Assembly: GCF_006345805.1 (NCBI RefSeq)
Contig: NC_042997.1
Span: 121,954,001-122,018,000, forward strand
Reading direction: 5' to 3'
Length of the DNA: 64,000 bases
Origin: Octopus sinensis
Lineage: Eukaryota
Shown: piece by piece, positions 12,633 through 25,220 of the stretch
Layout of the letters: the number at the start of each line of letters is the position of its first letter
Numbering within the stretch: the stretch's first letter is position 1
The notes under the pieces: model-generated
What the model saw: the letters and a program-made list of their open reading frames with translations, nothing else
Told to the model about the DNA's origin: nothing
Database searches by the model: none
Program-made: the position numbers and the translations under genes

Positions 12633-13406
12633 TTATGTTGCTTGTCTTGATTTCCATTTGTTTCTTTCGTTTTTCGCAAAAAAGTTCATATTCCATGTAT
12701 TCGTATTTTATGTTGTTTACGTTTTATGACGTCCTGTGCCGACATATGCATATGTATGCATATGTGTATTATTTACATTATTATTTGATTGAACGCCACG
12801 CATCCTTTTCCAAGTAAGTTTTATCTATCTATATATCTATATCTATATAAAGAAAATAAAAAAATGGAACAAGAACGTAACAGGTGGCAACAAAACATCC
12901 GGACAGTTATGATGAATAATTTTGAAATGAAGCGATTCAGTGGATATAAATTACTTTATTATTTAATTAACATTGCCCACAATTGTTTCGCTTCACACCT
13001 AATTTGTATTACCAGACATACATAATAATAATATAAGTTTGCATTTTGAGAATCATGAGTGGAAGATCTTCAGATGAAAATGGACGTTATAAATTTTACA
13101 TTTTGGTCAGTTGAAATACTCCAACAAACGAGTTAGAGACATGCTTTCATCTGATTAGTCTGATGGAATATTCCAACTGATCAAAATATAAACTCTGTAA
13201 TGTCCATTTTGATCTGAATATCTTCCACCCCGGATACAGAAGATGTAAACTTATATTATTATATAAGTTTTGTAATATAAACTGTATGTGAAGTGAAACA
13301 ATTAGAGCCAATGCTAATTAATTAATTAATTCATTCATTTATATCCATTGAGTCGTTACGTTTGAATTCAAATGTATTCATAATATTTGATGTTGTACAT
13401 TCATTT

Positions 13407-13782
13407 ATTCTTTCACTTGCTACAGTCATTTAACTGCGGCTATGCTGGAGCACCGCCTTTCGCTGAACAAATCGATCCCAGGAGTTATTCTTTATCAGCC
13501 TAGTATTTTTCTAGTCGTCTCCTTTTCCGAATATCTAAGTTACGGGGAGTAAGCACACCAATATCTGTTGTCGAGCAATAATGCAGGACAACAGAGACAT
13601 ACACACATATATATATATAGGACGGGCTTCTTTCAGTTTCCGTCTGCCAAATCCACTCACAAGGCTTTGATCGGCCCGAGGCTATAGCAGAACACCCTTG
13701 ACCGCGGTGCCACGTTGTGAGAATGAACTCGGAACTTTGTGACTGGGAAGTAATCTTCTTGCCACGCAGCCAGGCCTGCAGC
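13407..13782 (-). mobile_element. SINE family A, full-length decayed copy
   Basis: Colinear reverse complement of 13971-14390. Confidence 0.85.
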
Positions 13783-13883
13783 TATAATATATTTATTGAA
13801 GAAACATCTCTCAAACTATGATATATCAAACCAGGATATCTTGGATAGAACTATCCCTATAAGAGGTTTAAATATCTTCAGAG

Positions 13884-13941
<58 letters not shown>

Positions 13942-13970
13942 AGAAAAAAATCAAAAAATATATATAGATA

Positions 13971-14391
13971 GGCGCAGGAGTGGCTGTGTGGTAAGTAGCT
14001 TGCTAACCAACCACATGGTTCCGGGTTCAGTCCCACTGCGTGGCATCTTGGGCAAGTGTCTTCTGCTATAGCCCCAGGCCAACCAATGCCTTGTGAGTGG
14101 ATTTGGTAGACGGAAACTGAAAGAAGCCTGTCGTATATATGTATATGTATATATATGTATGTGTGTGTTTGTGTGTCTGTGTTTGTCCCCCTAGCATTGC
14201 TTGACAACCGATGCTGGTGTGTTTACGTCCCCGTCACTTAGCGGTTTGGCAAAAGAGACCGATAGAATAAGTACTGGGCTTACAAAGAATAAATCCCGGG
14301 GTCGATTTGCTCGACTAAAGGCGGTGCTCCAGCATGGCCGCAGTCAAATGACTGAAACAAGTAAAAAGTAAAAAAAAAGTAAAAAAAAGAT
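13971..14391 (+). mobile_element. SINE family A (tRNA-derived), full-length young copy with 18-bp target-site duplication
   Basis: A-box-like tggctgtgtgg, B-box-like ggttcagtccc, internal (TA/TG)n and an A-rich tail. TSD aaaaaatatatatagata at 13953-13970 and 14392-14409. Confidence 0.93.
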
Positions 14392-14576
14392 AAAAAATAT
14401 ATATAGATAAGAGAAAAAAATCAATCATAAAGGAACTCTATCTCACTTAAAATATCTTTTGATAAGCATAACAAATGCGCAACCGGTAAAAAGAGCTTTC
14501 ACCTAATTAAATACACTCTCCCTTACTTAAATTATTTTATCAGCATTTTCTTCATTTCCTTTATATATATATATAT

Positions 14577-15308
14577 ATTATATAAAAGGGCTTAGTAAAA
14601 TAAATTACTTTGCCGCATACTGAACTCATTAGAAATAGCAGCTAAAAAAACTTCTTTAAAACTATTTCTAATACTTAAAGAAAACCTCTCTCATATAGTG
14701 TTTGCTCAATTCAACTCACGAAAGTATGGGGGTAGAGACATTAAAAAATCAAATGCAAAGGTTATTTGAGAACGTACGTTTCAAGATTAGTCAAACTCGA
14801 CATTTCTATCATCAGCTCAGAACTCCCTGGTTTGGATTTGAAAACACTGAAAGTGGGAGCATACCCTTTCGGCTTCTTATCGCTTCTGAAGATCTGCTCG
14901 AAACTAACAGTGCCAGCAAACTCAAAAATGCAAGCGAAGAATTCTGCTCTCCCCTTTCCACCAGCGTGGGTTAAAATCAGCAAACACTATGCTTTTTTCG
15001 GTAAAATCCGAGGCATTATATAGAGAGAGATGAATTATAATTTCAACAATTGAGGGTAAAATTAATTAATTAATCAATTTCACCAAGTATTCAGTATGCA
15101 AAGGGACCATTTAAGGCGAATTCAAATTATTACATTATATAAAAGGGCTTAGTAAAATAAATTACTTTGCCGCATACTGAACTCATTAGAAATAGCAGCT
15201 AAAAAAAACTTCTTTAAACTATTTCTAATACTTAAAGAAAACCTCTCTCATATAGTGTTTGCTCAATTCAACTCACGAAAGTATGGGGGTAGAGACATTA
15301 AAAAATCA
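14577..15308 (-). mobile_element. Penelope-like/retrozyme-like non-autonomous element: 557-bp unit plus about 171-bp terminal direct repeat, with a hammerhead
   Basis: 14581-14751 is repeated at 15138-15308 (one indel). A hammerhead motif lies at 14767-14819. The element is flanked by TA runs. Confidence 0.65.
14767..14819 (-). ncRNA. Minimal type-I hammerhead ribozyme motif with intact catalytic core
   Basis: Minus strand reads TGAG-CTGATGA-tagaaatgtc gagttt gactaatctt-GAA-ACGTACGT-T-CTCA: stem I TGAG/CTCA, palindromic helix III, GUU cleavage triplet. Stem II has several mismatches. Confidence 0.75.
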
Positions 15309-15393
15309 TATATATATATAAAGTTAATCCAAACAAGGAAACAAAAAGACACAACAACGCAAGGACGTGGAACAAATAAAGTATTATTGGACG

Positions 15394-15433
<40 letters not shown>

Positions 15434-15531
15434 CAAAGTAATTTGGTTTCGATACATACGTACATGCACACATGCACACACCACACACACATACATGCAC
15501 ACACCACACACACACATATATATATATATAA

Positions 15532-15599
<68 letters not shown>

Positions 15600-16821
15600 G
15601 AAAAATACAAACTGGGAGAAGAATGTAAACCATTTAGAAGACGATACAAAAAACACGGACGGGACATTCGAAGCCTTCAATCTTCAGTCAAGAACCGGAT
15701 CATCCTAGCAATTTCGGCTGATTAATATATATATGTGTGTGTGTACATCTGTCTGTCTGTCTGTCTATATGTATGTATGTATATACTAACTTAAAAGCCG
15801 CCCTGTGGAGAACACTTCATTGGGCTTTGAGCCCAACAATGACACTTCATGCATTGAGTACATATTAAAATTTATTAAACTTGAACTATATTTTTCAAGC
15901 AATGAAAAATTTTCATGAAAACATGACATAATTCGTCGACTTGGAACTTATTGCTAAGCTGCATGATAAACATTTTTGTCTTGCCATTCAGAGTCAGTAC
16001 AATTTTTTTCCTGTCTTACCTCTGTCTCTCTCTCTGTCTCTCTCTCTCTGTCTCTCTGTCTCTCTCTGTCTCTCTCTCTCTATCTATCTATCTCTCTCTA
16101 TTTCTGTTGATTGTTTTCCACCATCACCATCACCAGTGCAACGATCATTATCACCACAACTGGCATACTCACACCATTTAGACATTTGACGCCATACCAT
16201 CAATACCCTCGACTTCGCCGTGTTCCCCTCCATCACCATCATCACTGCCTCCTCCGGCTCTATCACAACTACAACTCATATTATTACTATCACCCAATTA
16301 CCTTCACACCCGTCAATCTACTCCCGTCTCTATGCTTCCTATTACCCTCACCCCAGCATGAGCAATAGCAGAGTATCTATGAATAAAGAGAGAGGGGCTC
16401 GAGGTGTGACACACGGACACACAGAAATTAGTTTTCGTATTTATTATATATATATATATATATACCAGCATCTCATCGTATATTATTCTGTATTCTTCCA
16501 TACTAAGGTAGTAATTTAGCTTTCTTTTCTCTGGCTAAATATACACACCTACATTAATTGTCTCTCAGCCTATGTAGAGACGTCATCTCATGAAGCAGCA
16601 CATAATTGTAAATGCTTTTAAAAGACAAATACAGCTTGGAAAAAAGAAAACTACCATTTAATGAGTCTACACGTTTTTTAAGATAAAAACATTTCTCGGT
16701 GAGAGATGTTATAATTATCCAATCTTCTCTCTCAATACTTTTCAAATTCTGAAGACGAAAGTTTTCAGAATAGGAAACTCATATACGAAACCATATTCCA
16801 TAGTAAAAGTTTCATTTGAAT

Positions 16822-16822
<1 letters not shown>

Positions 16823-16887
<65 letters not shown>

Positions 16888-16914
16888 CACACACACACAC
16901 ACACGCACACACAT

Positions 16915-16977
<63 letters not shown>
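16823..16977. repeat. (CA)n(TA)n microsatellite
   Basis: Direct reading. Confidence 0.95.
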
Positions 16978-16979
<2 letters not shown>

Positions 16980-17639
16980 CTTATTATTAAGCGAAAGTGT
17001 GTTATTAAGTCCAAAACTTTTTCAGAAAACGAAAAAAGTCTTTCACCATTCAATAGCAAAACCATTGCTTGGCATGTGAAGCAGCTGCAGATATGGTAGT
17101 TTGAACAAAAGAACCGGCTATTGCAAACAAAAATACAGGAAAAGCTGCGCTCGGTCAAATTTGGATATACGACATTTTAACATAATGGCAAAAACTTTAG
17201 AGTGCCTTTCGTATATTAGAAAAGGTGCACTAAGGTAATTCAAAAAAAGGGGATAAATCGGCTTAGCAGAAACCAAATTACGCGCTCACACACATATATA
17301 TACAAACACACACATTTATATTATTAGAAGAAAAACGGATTAAAGTAACGCGTGAGATTTCAATAAAGCACTCAGCATTAAGAAAAATTTGGTTAACAAT
17401 ATTGAACAATTACACACCTGTAAATGTAATTGGAATGCAGATTTCAGCAAAGTCCTCATGCATGACAGGTAAATCAAGATATCCTTGGCCAGAATTTCGA
17501 CACCCCGCCGCACACATTATTATGTCTAGTGTGAGTAATTATGCTAATATTAACACAGTACTTGTGTAGATAATATTAGCATAATGAATCTCCCTGGATA
17601 CAACAAAATGTGTCTTTTTATTCCTAGTATTTATTTTAT

Positions 17640-17925
17640 CGATCATTTTGCCGAGCTGCTAAATTGCGGGTGCATAAACACACCAATACCTGTTGTCAAG
17701 CGGTGATGGCGGATAAAAAAACAGACACACACATAACATACACACACATACGCACACACATACGACGGGCCTCCTTCAATTTTCGTCTACCGAATGGAAC
17801 TCACAAGGTCTTCTTCATCCCGAGACTATAGAAGTCACTTTCTCATGATGCCAAGCAATGGGACTGAGCCCAGAACCATGTGGTTGGGAAACAAATGTCT
17901 TATTACACAGTCAGGCCTGCGCCTG
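17640..17925 (-). mobile_element. SINE family A, decayed
   Basis: tacgacgggcctccttcaattttcgtctac...gggactgagcccagaaccatgtggttgg. Confidence 0.75.
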
Positions 17926-18029
17926 GAAATCGATGGAATAGACATGCCTCCCACCCCAAAATTTCAGGGATTCTGCCTATTATTTAGATTACTTAAATAA
18001 GTTTCGGCTGAAAGTGGCCACGCCTTGTC

Positions 18030-18355
18030 TAATTTAATAGCACAGTCAGCTCTTGGGCACACTCAGTTCTAGGGCACTATACCCATTCGAGCAGAGTGTT
18101 ATTGTTTTCAAGGACATATCCGGGTTCGAGTGGTTTATCTGGTATTTTTTGGATGTAGTTATCAGCCGTGAAGACACTTTCCCCCTTTATGTGGACTGGC
18201 AAGCCGTTGAAAAGTGCCGGGCAAGCTGAGGTGTAATAGTTCTGTCGTAACGTTGTGATACAACATGGCCATGATTTCTATAGTGGACGGATGGCACGGG
18301 GGCCAAACCTTGGAGGAATTTGAAAGATGATGCCTATATCATATGGGTAATATTG
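18030..18355 (-). mobile_element. CR1-group LINE 3' remnant
   Basis: Minus strand PPRFGPRAIRP...CPALFNGLPVHIKG, typical of the GP.LFN.LP RT tail. Confidence 0.55.
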
Positions 18356-18370
18356 ATGGAATTATGTACA

Positions 18371-18685
18371 TTCTTTTATTCGTTTCAGTCATTTTTGATT
18401 GCGGCCACGCTGGAGCACCGCCTTTAGTCGAGCAATTCGGCCCTAGGATTTATTCTTTGTAAGCCTAGTACTTATTCTATCGGTCTATATGCCGAACCGC
18501 TAACTTACGGGGACGTAAACACACCAGCATTGATATCAAGCGATGTTGGACAAATCCACTCACAACACATTAGTCGGCCCGATGCTATAGTAAAATACAC
18601 TTGCCCAAGGTGCCACGCAGTGGGACTGAACCCGGAACCATGTGGTTGGTTAGCAAGCTACTAATCCCATATCCACACCTGCGCC
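18371..18685 (-). mobile_element. SINE family A
   Basis: gctggagcaccgcctttagtcgagc...gccacgcagtgggactgaacccggaaccatgtgg. Confidence 0.85.
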
Positions 18686-18724
18686 TATCACATTATTTAC
18701 ATTATTTACATTTGACGGATATTT

Positions 18725-18838
18725 GTTATTATTATTATTATTATTATCATTATTATTATTATTCAGGTCACTGCCTGGAATCGAACTCGGAATCTTGGGG
18801 TTAGTAGCTCGCACTCTTTACTACTACGCTATATGCCC
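18725..18838 (-). mobile_element. Short tRNA-derived SINE with (AAT)n tail
   Basis: gggcatatagcgtagtagtaa...gagttcgattcc (A/B-box-like) followed by an (AAT)n tail. Not a cleanly folding tRNA. Confidence 0.7.
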
Positions 18839-18902
18839 GTAGGCATATAATAACATCGAAAAATACCTTAGAAATGAGAATACAGGTTCGAAATTTCCCC
18901 AA

Positions 18903-18948
18903 GAAACCTGATGATGGCTGGAGGGTATATCAGCCGAAACATTGCGAT
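18903..18948 (+). ncRNA. Minimal hammerhead motif, decayed stem I
   Basis: gaaac-CTGATGA-T-GGCTG gagggtatat CAGCC-GAAAC-ATT-gcgat. Confidence 0.6.
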
Positions 18949-20723
18949 AACAACTTACAAGATGAGAACAAATATCGTCAAATGTAAACTATGTAAATCA
19001 TGTTCATGAAATATGTTCCACATCATACAGATGATATAGCTCTCACGGTAGAGTTGGAGGGAGTAATGCCCGAGCTTTTTGAGTCAATCCTAATAATTAA
19101 GGCTTGTCATGTCATCTATTTTTTGTGTGTGTAATTGACCTCTGTTTCGTGTGGGGGGCTACAGCAGACAACAGTATTCAACCCATTGTGGAAAGAATTA
19201 TTTAAAATCCTAGAAGAAGGAAATATTCCCGACCTTCAATAAACGCAGTGTTAACACGCTCATTAATTGTTATTTCCTCTCTAAACCACTACATCATCAG
19301 TTACAAGATCCTCCGTTCTATTCAAAAGACCTGATGTGTAATCTGTCGAACAGTTTCGCCATAGATCAGCGAAGTAATTTGAAAATAAATTTAAAGAAAT
19401 TGCTAAAGGCTATTCTTATTCGAAAACACGCAGATAAATTCTAATTAATCCTCTTGATAAACTTGTATAGGTCAACAGCAACAACAAACATTAAACTCAA
19501 CAACTCTCATCGCTGACCTCAACAATGACCTCTCAATTGTCCCTGCTAACGTCTCTGTCTATCAGCTACTAACATACGTCAGCCTTCCACCCTTCTTCAC
19601 ACTCACTACGCCCATTATACTACGACAAAGCAGTCACTTTTCTGTTTCCTCAAACACCTCTACCTTAGATATTCATTTATTTATTTATTCATTCATTCAT
19701 TCATCCATTTTCAAGCCGTGACAGACAGAGGAAGGTATACAATAACTAAACAATAAAATCAAATACAAAACGAAAATCAGAGAGAAAGAGAAATGAAGAA
19801 GGATGGATGAGGGGGCGGTTAAATGCCTCTGTAGCTAAATCTTTTTTGTAGCCTTCTTACAACTAACGGCAATGAGCAATGTTAAAATAAATAGATAAAT
19901 AAATAAATAAATAAAATAAGCAGATCTCTAGCTTGCCATTGTTTTCCTTATCATCATAAGACAGTGTCAACACAAAATTTGAATTTACCCACTACTTTCA
20001 CAAGGCCTCTGTCTGGAACAAAGATAATAATATAACAACTCTTCCTTCTGTAAACACGCGGCCAGAGGTATTGGATAAAGCGGGGGACTATTCGATTTTA
20101 TATTGATGCCACACCTCAAATGTTACTTATTTTCCCGACCCCCGAAAAGATAAAAGGAACAGTCGAAATTGGCGGTATTTGAAAACAACGTAAACACAAA
20201 CGAAGTGACGAGAAGCGTTTTGTCCAGCGGGATATAAATTCTGCCAATGTAAAATAAATCTCACTCCATCTATGAAAATAATGTATTCTTTTGCTCTTTT
20301 ATGTGTTTCAGTCCAATGACTGTGGCCATGCTGGAGCAACGCCATTGTGATCATCTTTCCACTTTCCACATTTGTCGGAGCGGCATTTGGTTGAAGGAAG
20401 GAGTTCGATGCTACTGCCCTCTTTTGAGTTTCTTGCTTAGATATTGGCTCATCCGGGATATGTGTGTGTGTGTATAGTTACTTATGAATTACAAGCAGCG
20501 CGAATGTTGTAAACGTGATACATGCACAATCTGTGTATTTTGATAGTTCGTTGATGGCTGCGATGTGAGGCGGAGGAGAGGAATGTCTTAAAGCACCGAT
20601 TGTCAAAACAATTGAAATTCATAGTCATAGAGAAGGGAGACGACACAGTTCAAATACCATTCAGGAGCGATGTACATCGATGTTTAACCATTATTGTAGC
20701 TTATATATATATATATATATATA

Positions 20724-20890
20724 GGCGTAGGAGCGGCTGTGTGGTAAGTAGCTTGCTTACCAATCACATGGTTCCGGGTTCATTCCCACTGCGTGGCACC
20801 TTGGGCAAGTGTCTTCTACTATAGCCTCGGGCCGACCAAAGCCTTGTGAGTAGAACTTGTAGACGGAAACTGAAAGAAGCCCGTCGTATA
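20724..20890 (+). mobile_element. SINE family A, 5' half
   Basis: ggcgtaggagcggctgtgtggtaag...gaaagaagcccgtcgtata. Confidence 0.9.
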
Positions 20891-20905
20891 TGTATATATA
20901 TATAT

Positions 20906-20940
<35 letters not shown>

Positions 20941-20946
<6 letters not shown>

Positions 20947-21185
20947 AATTATCGACTCATATATAACGTGTGTTTCACTTAGATGCGGAGTTTCAAAGAA
21001 CACTAAATGTCTCGGACCAGGTGAGACAGCACGCCTCGAGGGTGGATATACACATTTCACCGTATTATCGATTCACCTCGAAACGGATCGTATCGCCGGT
21101 CAGAATTATGTGGGAAAATGTTGATGTGCTGCAGGTAGCACATCAACTCTTTTCATTTGAGAGACACACACAGACACATACATAC

Positions 21186-21248
<63 letters not shown>

Positions 21249-21509
21249 TATATAATATATATATATATGCAATTATCGACTCATATATAACGTGTGTTTC
21301 ACTTAGATGCGGAGTTTCAAAGAACACTAAATGTCTCGGACCAGGTGAGACAGCACGCCTCGAGGGGGATATACACATTTCACCGTATTATCGATTCACC
21401 TCGAACGGATCGTATCGCCGGTCAGAATTATGTGGGAAAATGTTGATGTGCTGCAGGTAGCACATCAACTCTTTTCATTTGAGAGACACACACAGACACA
21501 TACATACAT

Positions 21510-21511
<2 letters not shown>
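20941..21511. repeat. Tandem duplication of about 249 bp separated by (TA)n
   Basis: 20941-21189 versus 21266-21511 differ only by three 1-nt deletions. Confidence 0.95.
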
Positions 21512-21545
<34 letters not shown>

Positions 21546-22273
21546 ATATTATATATATATACACATACATACATACAGGTGCATGCGCACACAACTGTAT
21601 GTATATGTAATAATTGTAGTCTAAAACACGAGTATGAAAGAGAAAAGAAATGCATAATTTCTTTGAAGAAGCAAAAAATAACTGAATTTTCATTTGTTAA
21701 AAGAGAGACGATGAAGAATGGTTTGCTTTAATGGCAACAAACTTCAACATTAATAGGGGCTTTGACACACCAAAGAATACGGATTAAACCAGAAGAAAGC
21801 AAAACTGGGCCGTTGTTATTTTCAATGATGTCAATAAATAGACGTCGTAGATATTTCTAATGGAAATGGTTGGTATGAGAACATTTGAAAATACGCTTCA
21901 AGACGCGCGCACGAACGCACATTATTAAATAGAGGGGAAGAGAGAGGTAGCTGAGAACTACAGCTGTTATACAAGCGTATTGGATATTACGAACGCACAT
22001 AGTTGAGTACTACAGCTGTTTCACAAGCGTATTGGATATACCTTACGTAATATTACGTAATATAAGATATTGGATATATCTTACGTAATATTACGAATTT
22101 CTCGTTGCTGTCTGGCGAAGATTCTTTTTGTTCTTTCTTTCTAAACCGAACTGTATTGCACCTGACATCTTATTAGTGTGCTTTGTTTCTTCTCCATATG
22201 GGAAGAATTGTATATGAAACACTGATTAGTAAATTTTAAAGATCACTTATTAAGACCCTTCTATTTTCTAAGT

Positions 22274-22493
22274 AAAACAATCATATACATGATAGTAGTG
22301 AATTTCACATAGTCAACTATATTTGCTGCGGCGACAACAGATGTTTTCTTTTTTTATGATTTAAATGATTGTTTTCTGTGTTCCAAACGTATAACCTATA
22401 TATGTAATATTATATACTCTTTTATTTGTTTCAGTCATTTGACTGTGGCCATGCTTGATACTTTCGATTGATCTCACTTTGTTATCTATCTAG

Positions 22494-22587
<94 letters not shown>

Positions 22588-22900
22588 CGTTACGTTACGT
22601 GACGTGACCGAACAGGCTATCAGATGTTGCTACGCATCGCTGGTCACAATGCGCTTCGCATTGTTTTAGCCTTCAAATGACGCCACTCCGCTGGCTAAGC
22701 GAGCAGGCAAACAGAAGAAATAGTGAGAGAAAGTTGTGGCGAAAGAGTACAGCAGGGATCGCCACCACCCCCGCTGCCAGAGGCTTGTGGAGATTTGAAT
22801 GTTTTCGCTCAATAAACACTCACAATGCCCGATCTGGGAATCGAAACCGCGATCCTACGACCGCGAGTCCGCTGCCCGAACCACGGAGCCATTGCACCTC

Positions 22901-22982
<82 letters not shown>

Positions 22983-23610
22983 CGTGTGTGTGTGTGTATA
23001 TATATATACACATTCATATAAATATATATATCTAAACTTACATCTATCTGCGTGTGTGCACGCGCGCGTGCGTGCATGTGTTTGAGGTGGCACGCGTGTG
23101 TATAGGTTGGAGAGTATAAAGACTCGACAGTACATCAGAAAATCATTGAAATAAATGATTTTAATCGAAGCTTTCTGGCAAGAAAGTCACATTGAATCAT
23201 AAGTTAAATTGCTGCGAAATATATTTAAAACCATATTACATCCATATGGAGAACTTTAGTTTGAAAATCACAGCCGATCTTTGACATGATACACGTCTGC
23301 GTTCAGAGATAGAAGTTACTCCGGAATTTTGACAGATAATCAATTTCTTGACGCCACCAGGGATTTACTATAACAAAATTACTGTTCTTTCTATGAATAA
23401 GAATTGTATTTCAACTTTTAAAACAATCATATACATGATAGTAGTGAATTTCACATAGTCAACTACATTTGCTGCGGCAACAACAGTTGTTTTCTTTTTT
23501 TATGATTTAAATGATTGTTTTCTGTGTTCCAAACGTATAACCTATATATATAGTGTTATATACTCTTTACTCTCTTTTACTTGTTTCAGTCATTTGACTG
23601 TGGCCATGCT
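22274..23610. repeat. About 180-bp direct repeat (22274-22455 and 23420-23610), 1.15 kb apart
   Basis: aaaacaatcatatacatgatagtagtgaatttcac...ggccatgct occurs twice, with scattered substitutions. Confidence 0.9.
22586..22901 (-). mobile_element. SINE family C variant (tRNA-like head)
   Basis: Minus strand tggctccgtggttcgggcagcggactcgcggtcgtaggatcgcggtttcgattccc head; (ACGT-rich)n tail. Confidence 0.85.
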
Positions 23611-23971
23611 GGAGCACCGCCTTTAGTCGAGCAAATCGACCCCAAGATTTATTCTTTGTAAGCCTAGTACTTATTCTATCGGTCTCTTTTACGGGGACGT
23701 AAACACACCAGCATTGGTTGTCAAGCGATGTTGAGGGTACAAACAGACACACACACACACACACACATATATATACGACGGGCTTCTTTCAGTTTCCATC
23801 TACCAAATCCACTCACAAGGCTTTGGTCGACCCACTTGCCCAAAGTGCCACGCAGTGGGACTGAACCCGGAACCATGTGGTTGGTAAACAAGCTACTTTA
23901 TTTCATAACATTTGCCATAAAGGCAGTACATAGAGTAAACAAGCTACTTACCACACAGCCACTCCTACTCC
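23561..23971 (-). mobile_element. SINE family A
   Basis: Colinear with the family consensus seen at 13971, with a partial head duplication. Confidence 0.88.
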
Positions 23972-24004
23972 TATATATGCTGCTATTCTCATGTTCATAA
24001 GTTA

Positions 24005-24205
24005 CTGCTATAGGCACAAGGACTGAAATGTTGAGGGAGGATGCTAGTCAATATCATCGACCCCTGTGTTCGAATTGTATCTAATTCGTCGACCCCGAAT
24101 GGATGAAAGGCAAAATTGACTTCGGCAGACTTTGAACCCAGAATGTAAAGACGAAAGAAATGGCGCTAAGCATTGTGTCCGGCGTGCTAATGATCCTGAC
24201 AGTTT
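24005..24205 (-). mobile_element. SINE family B, decayed
   Basis: gaccccgaatggatgaaaggcaaaattgacttcggc...gctaagcattgtgtccggcgtgctaa. Confidence 0.7.
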
Positions 24206-24426
24206 CTCCGCATCAATAGTAATAATAATAAACACCATGATATAATGATTGTGTCGATAGATGCTGCATCGTTATGGAAGCCTGATGCGTGACAGAAAAG
24301 CAGAGTCTGAGAGGGAAGAGGATGATTCCAGGATATTATTGCATTTTCTTATACATAAATAGCCATGCGAAGGAAGCAAGGAGAGACTGAGGAAAAACAA
24401 AAATAGAAGGAAAAGGAACAGAGTAA

Positions 24427-24794
24427 TACTCCTTTACTCTTTTACTTGTTTCAGTCATTTAACTGTGGCCATGCTGGAGCACCGCCTTTAGTCGAGCAAA
24501 TCGACCCCAGGACTTATTCTTTGTAAACACAGTATGTATTCTATCGGTGTCTTTTGCCGAACCGCAAAGTTACTTGGACGAAAACACACCACCATCGGTT
24601 GTCAAGCGATGTTGGGGACACAAACACACACATATATATATACATATATTTCCGTCTACCAAATCCACCCACAAGGCTTTGGTCGGCCCGAAGCTATAGT
24701 AGAAGACACCTGCCCAAGCTGTCACGCAGTGGAAATGAACTTGGAATCATGTGGTTGGTAAGCAAGCTACTTACCACACAGCCACTCCTGCGCC
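24427..24794 (-). mobile_element. SINE family A, full length
   Basis: From tttacttgtttcagtc to ccacacagccactcctgcgcc. Confidence 0.9.
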
Positions 24795-25220
24795 TATGTA
24801 AAAGTAAACTGAATATGAAAGAAAATAAAAAATTTAGAAGCACTAGAGCCTAGTCAGCGAAATGAGAATGTGAAACGCAAAAATGGTGAGAAGTGTTTCT
24901 GTGGTAATTAGTGCATTCGGCACAACATCTAAACTGTTACCTAATAGGCTAGAGTATACTAAAATTAAGACAACGACTGCAGAAGAATGTAAACATCATA
25001 TTCTATACATATTGTATTGCAATATATGTCATATACATTTGAGTTGGGAATTCTTGGAATGTTGTTTACAGGGTTATTATATATCAGAAGAGGAAGATGG
25101 AAAAAAATTTGGCATGTTCATCCTCTTTCTGAAGAATGTCCAATTGGAAATTTCTTCCATACTAATCCAAAATGTAATTCCTATTAGAAAATGGAACATG
25201 TGAAATGCAACTTCTTGTAT

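Noticed and set aside
18764-18838. Functional tRNA gene
   Set aside because: Acceptor and D stems do not pair properly and an (AAT)n tail follows, so it is a SINE head.
21030-21100. GAAACGGATCGTA with an upstream stem, resembling the 3' half of a hammerhead
   Set aside because: No CUGANGA-like core precedes the stem.
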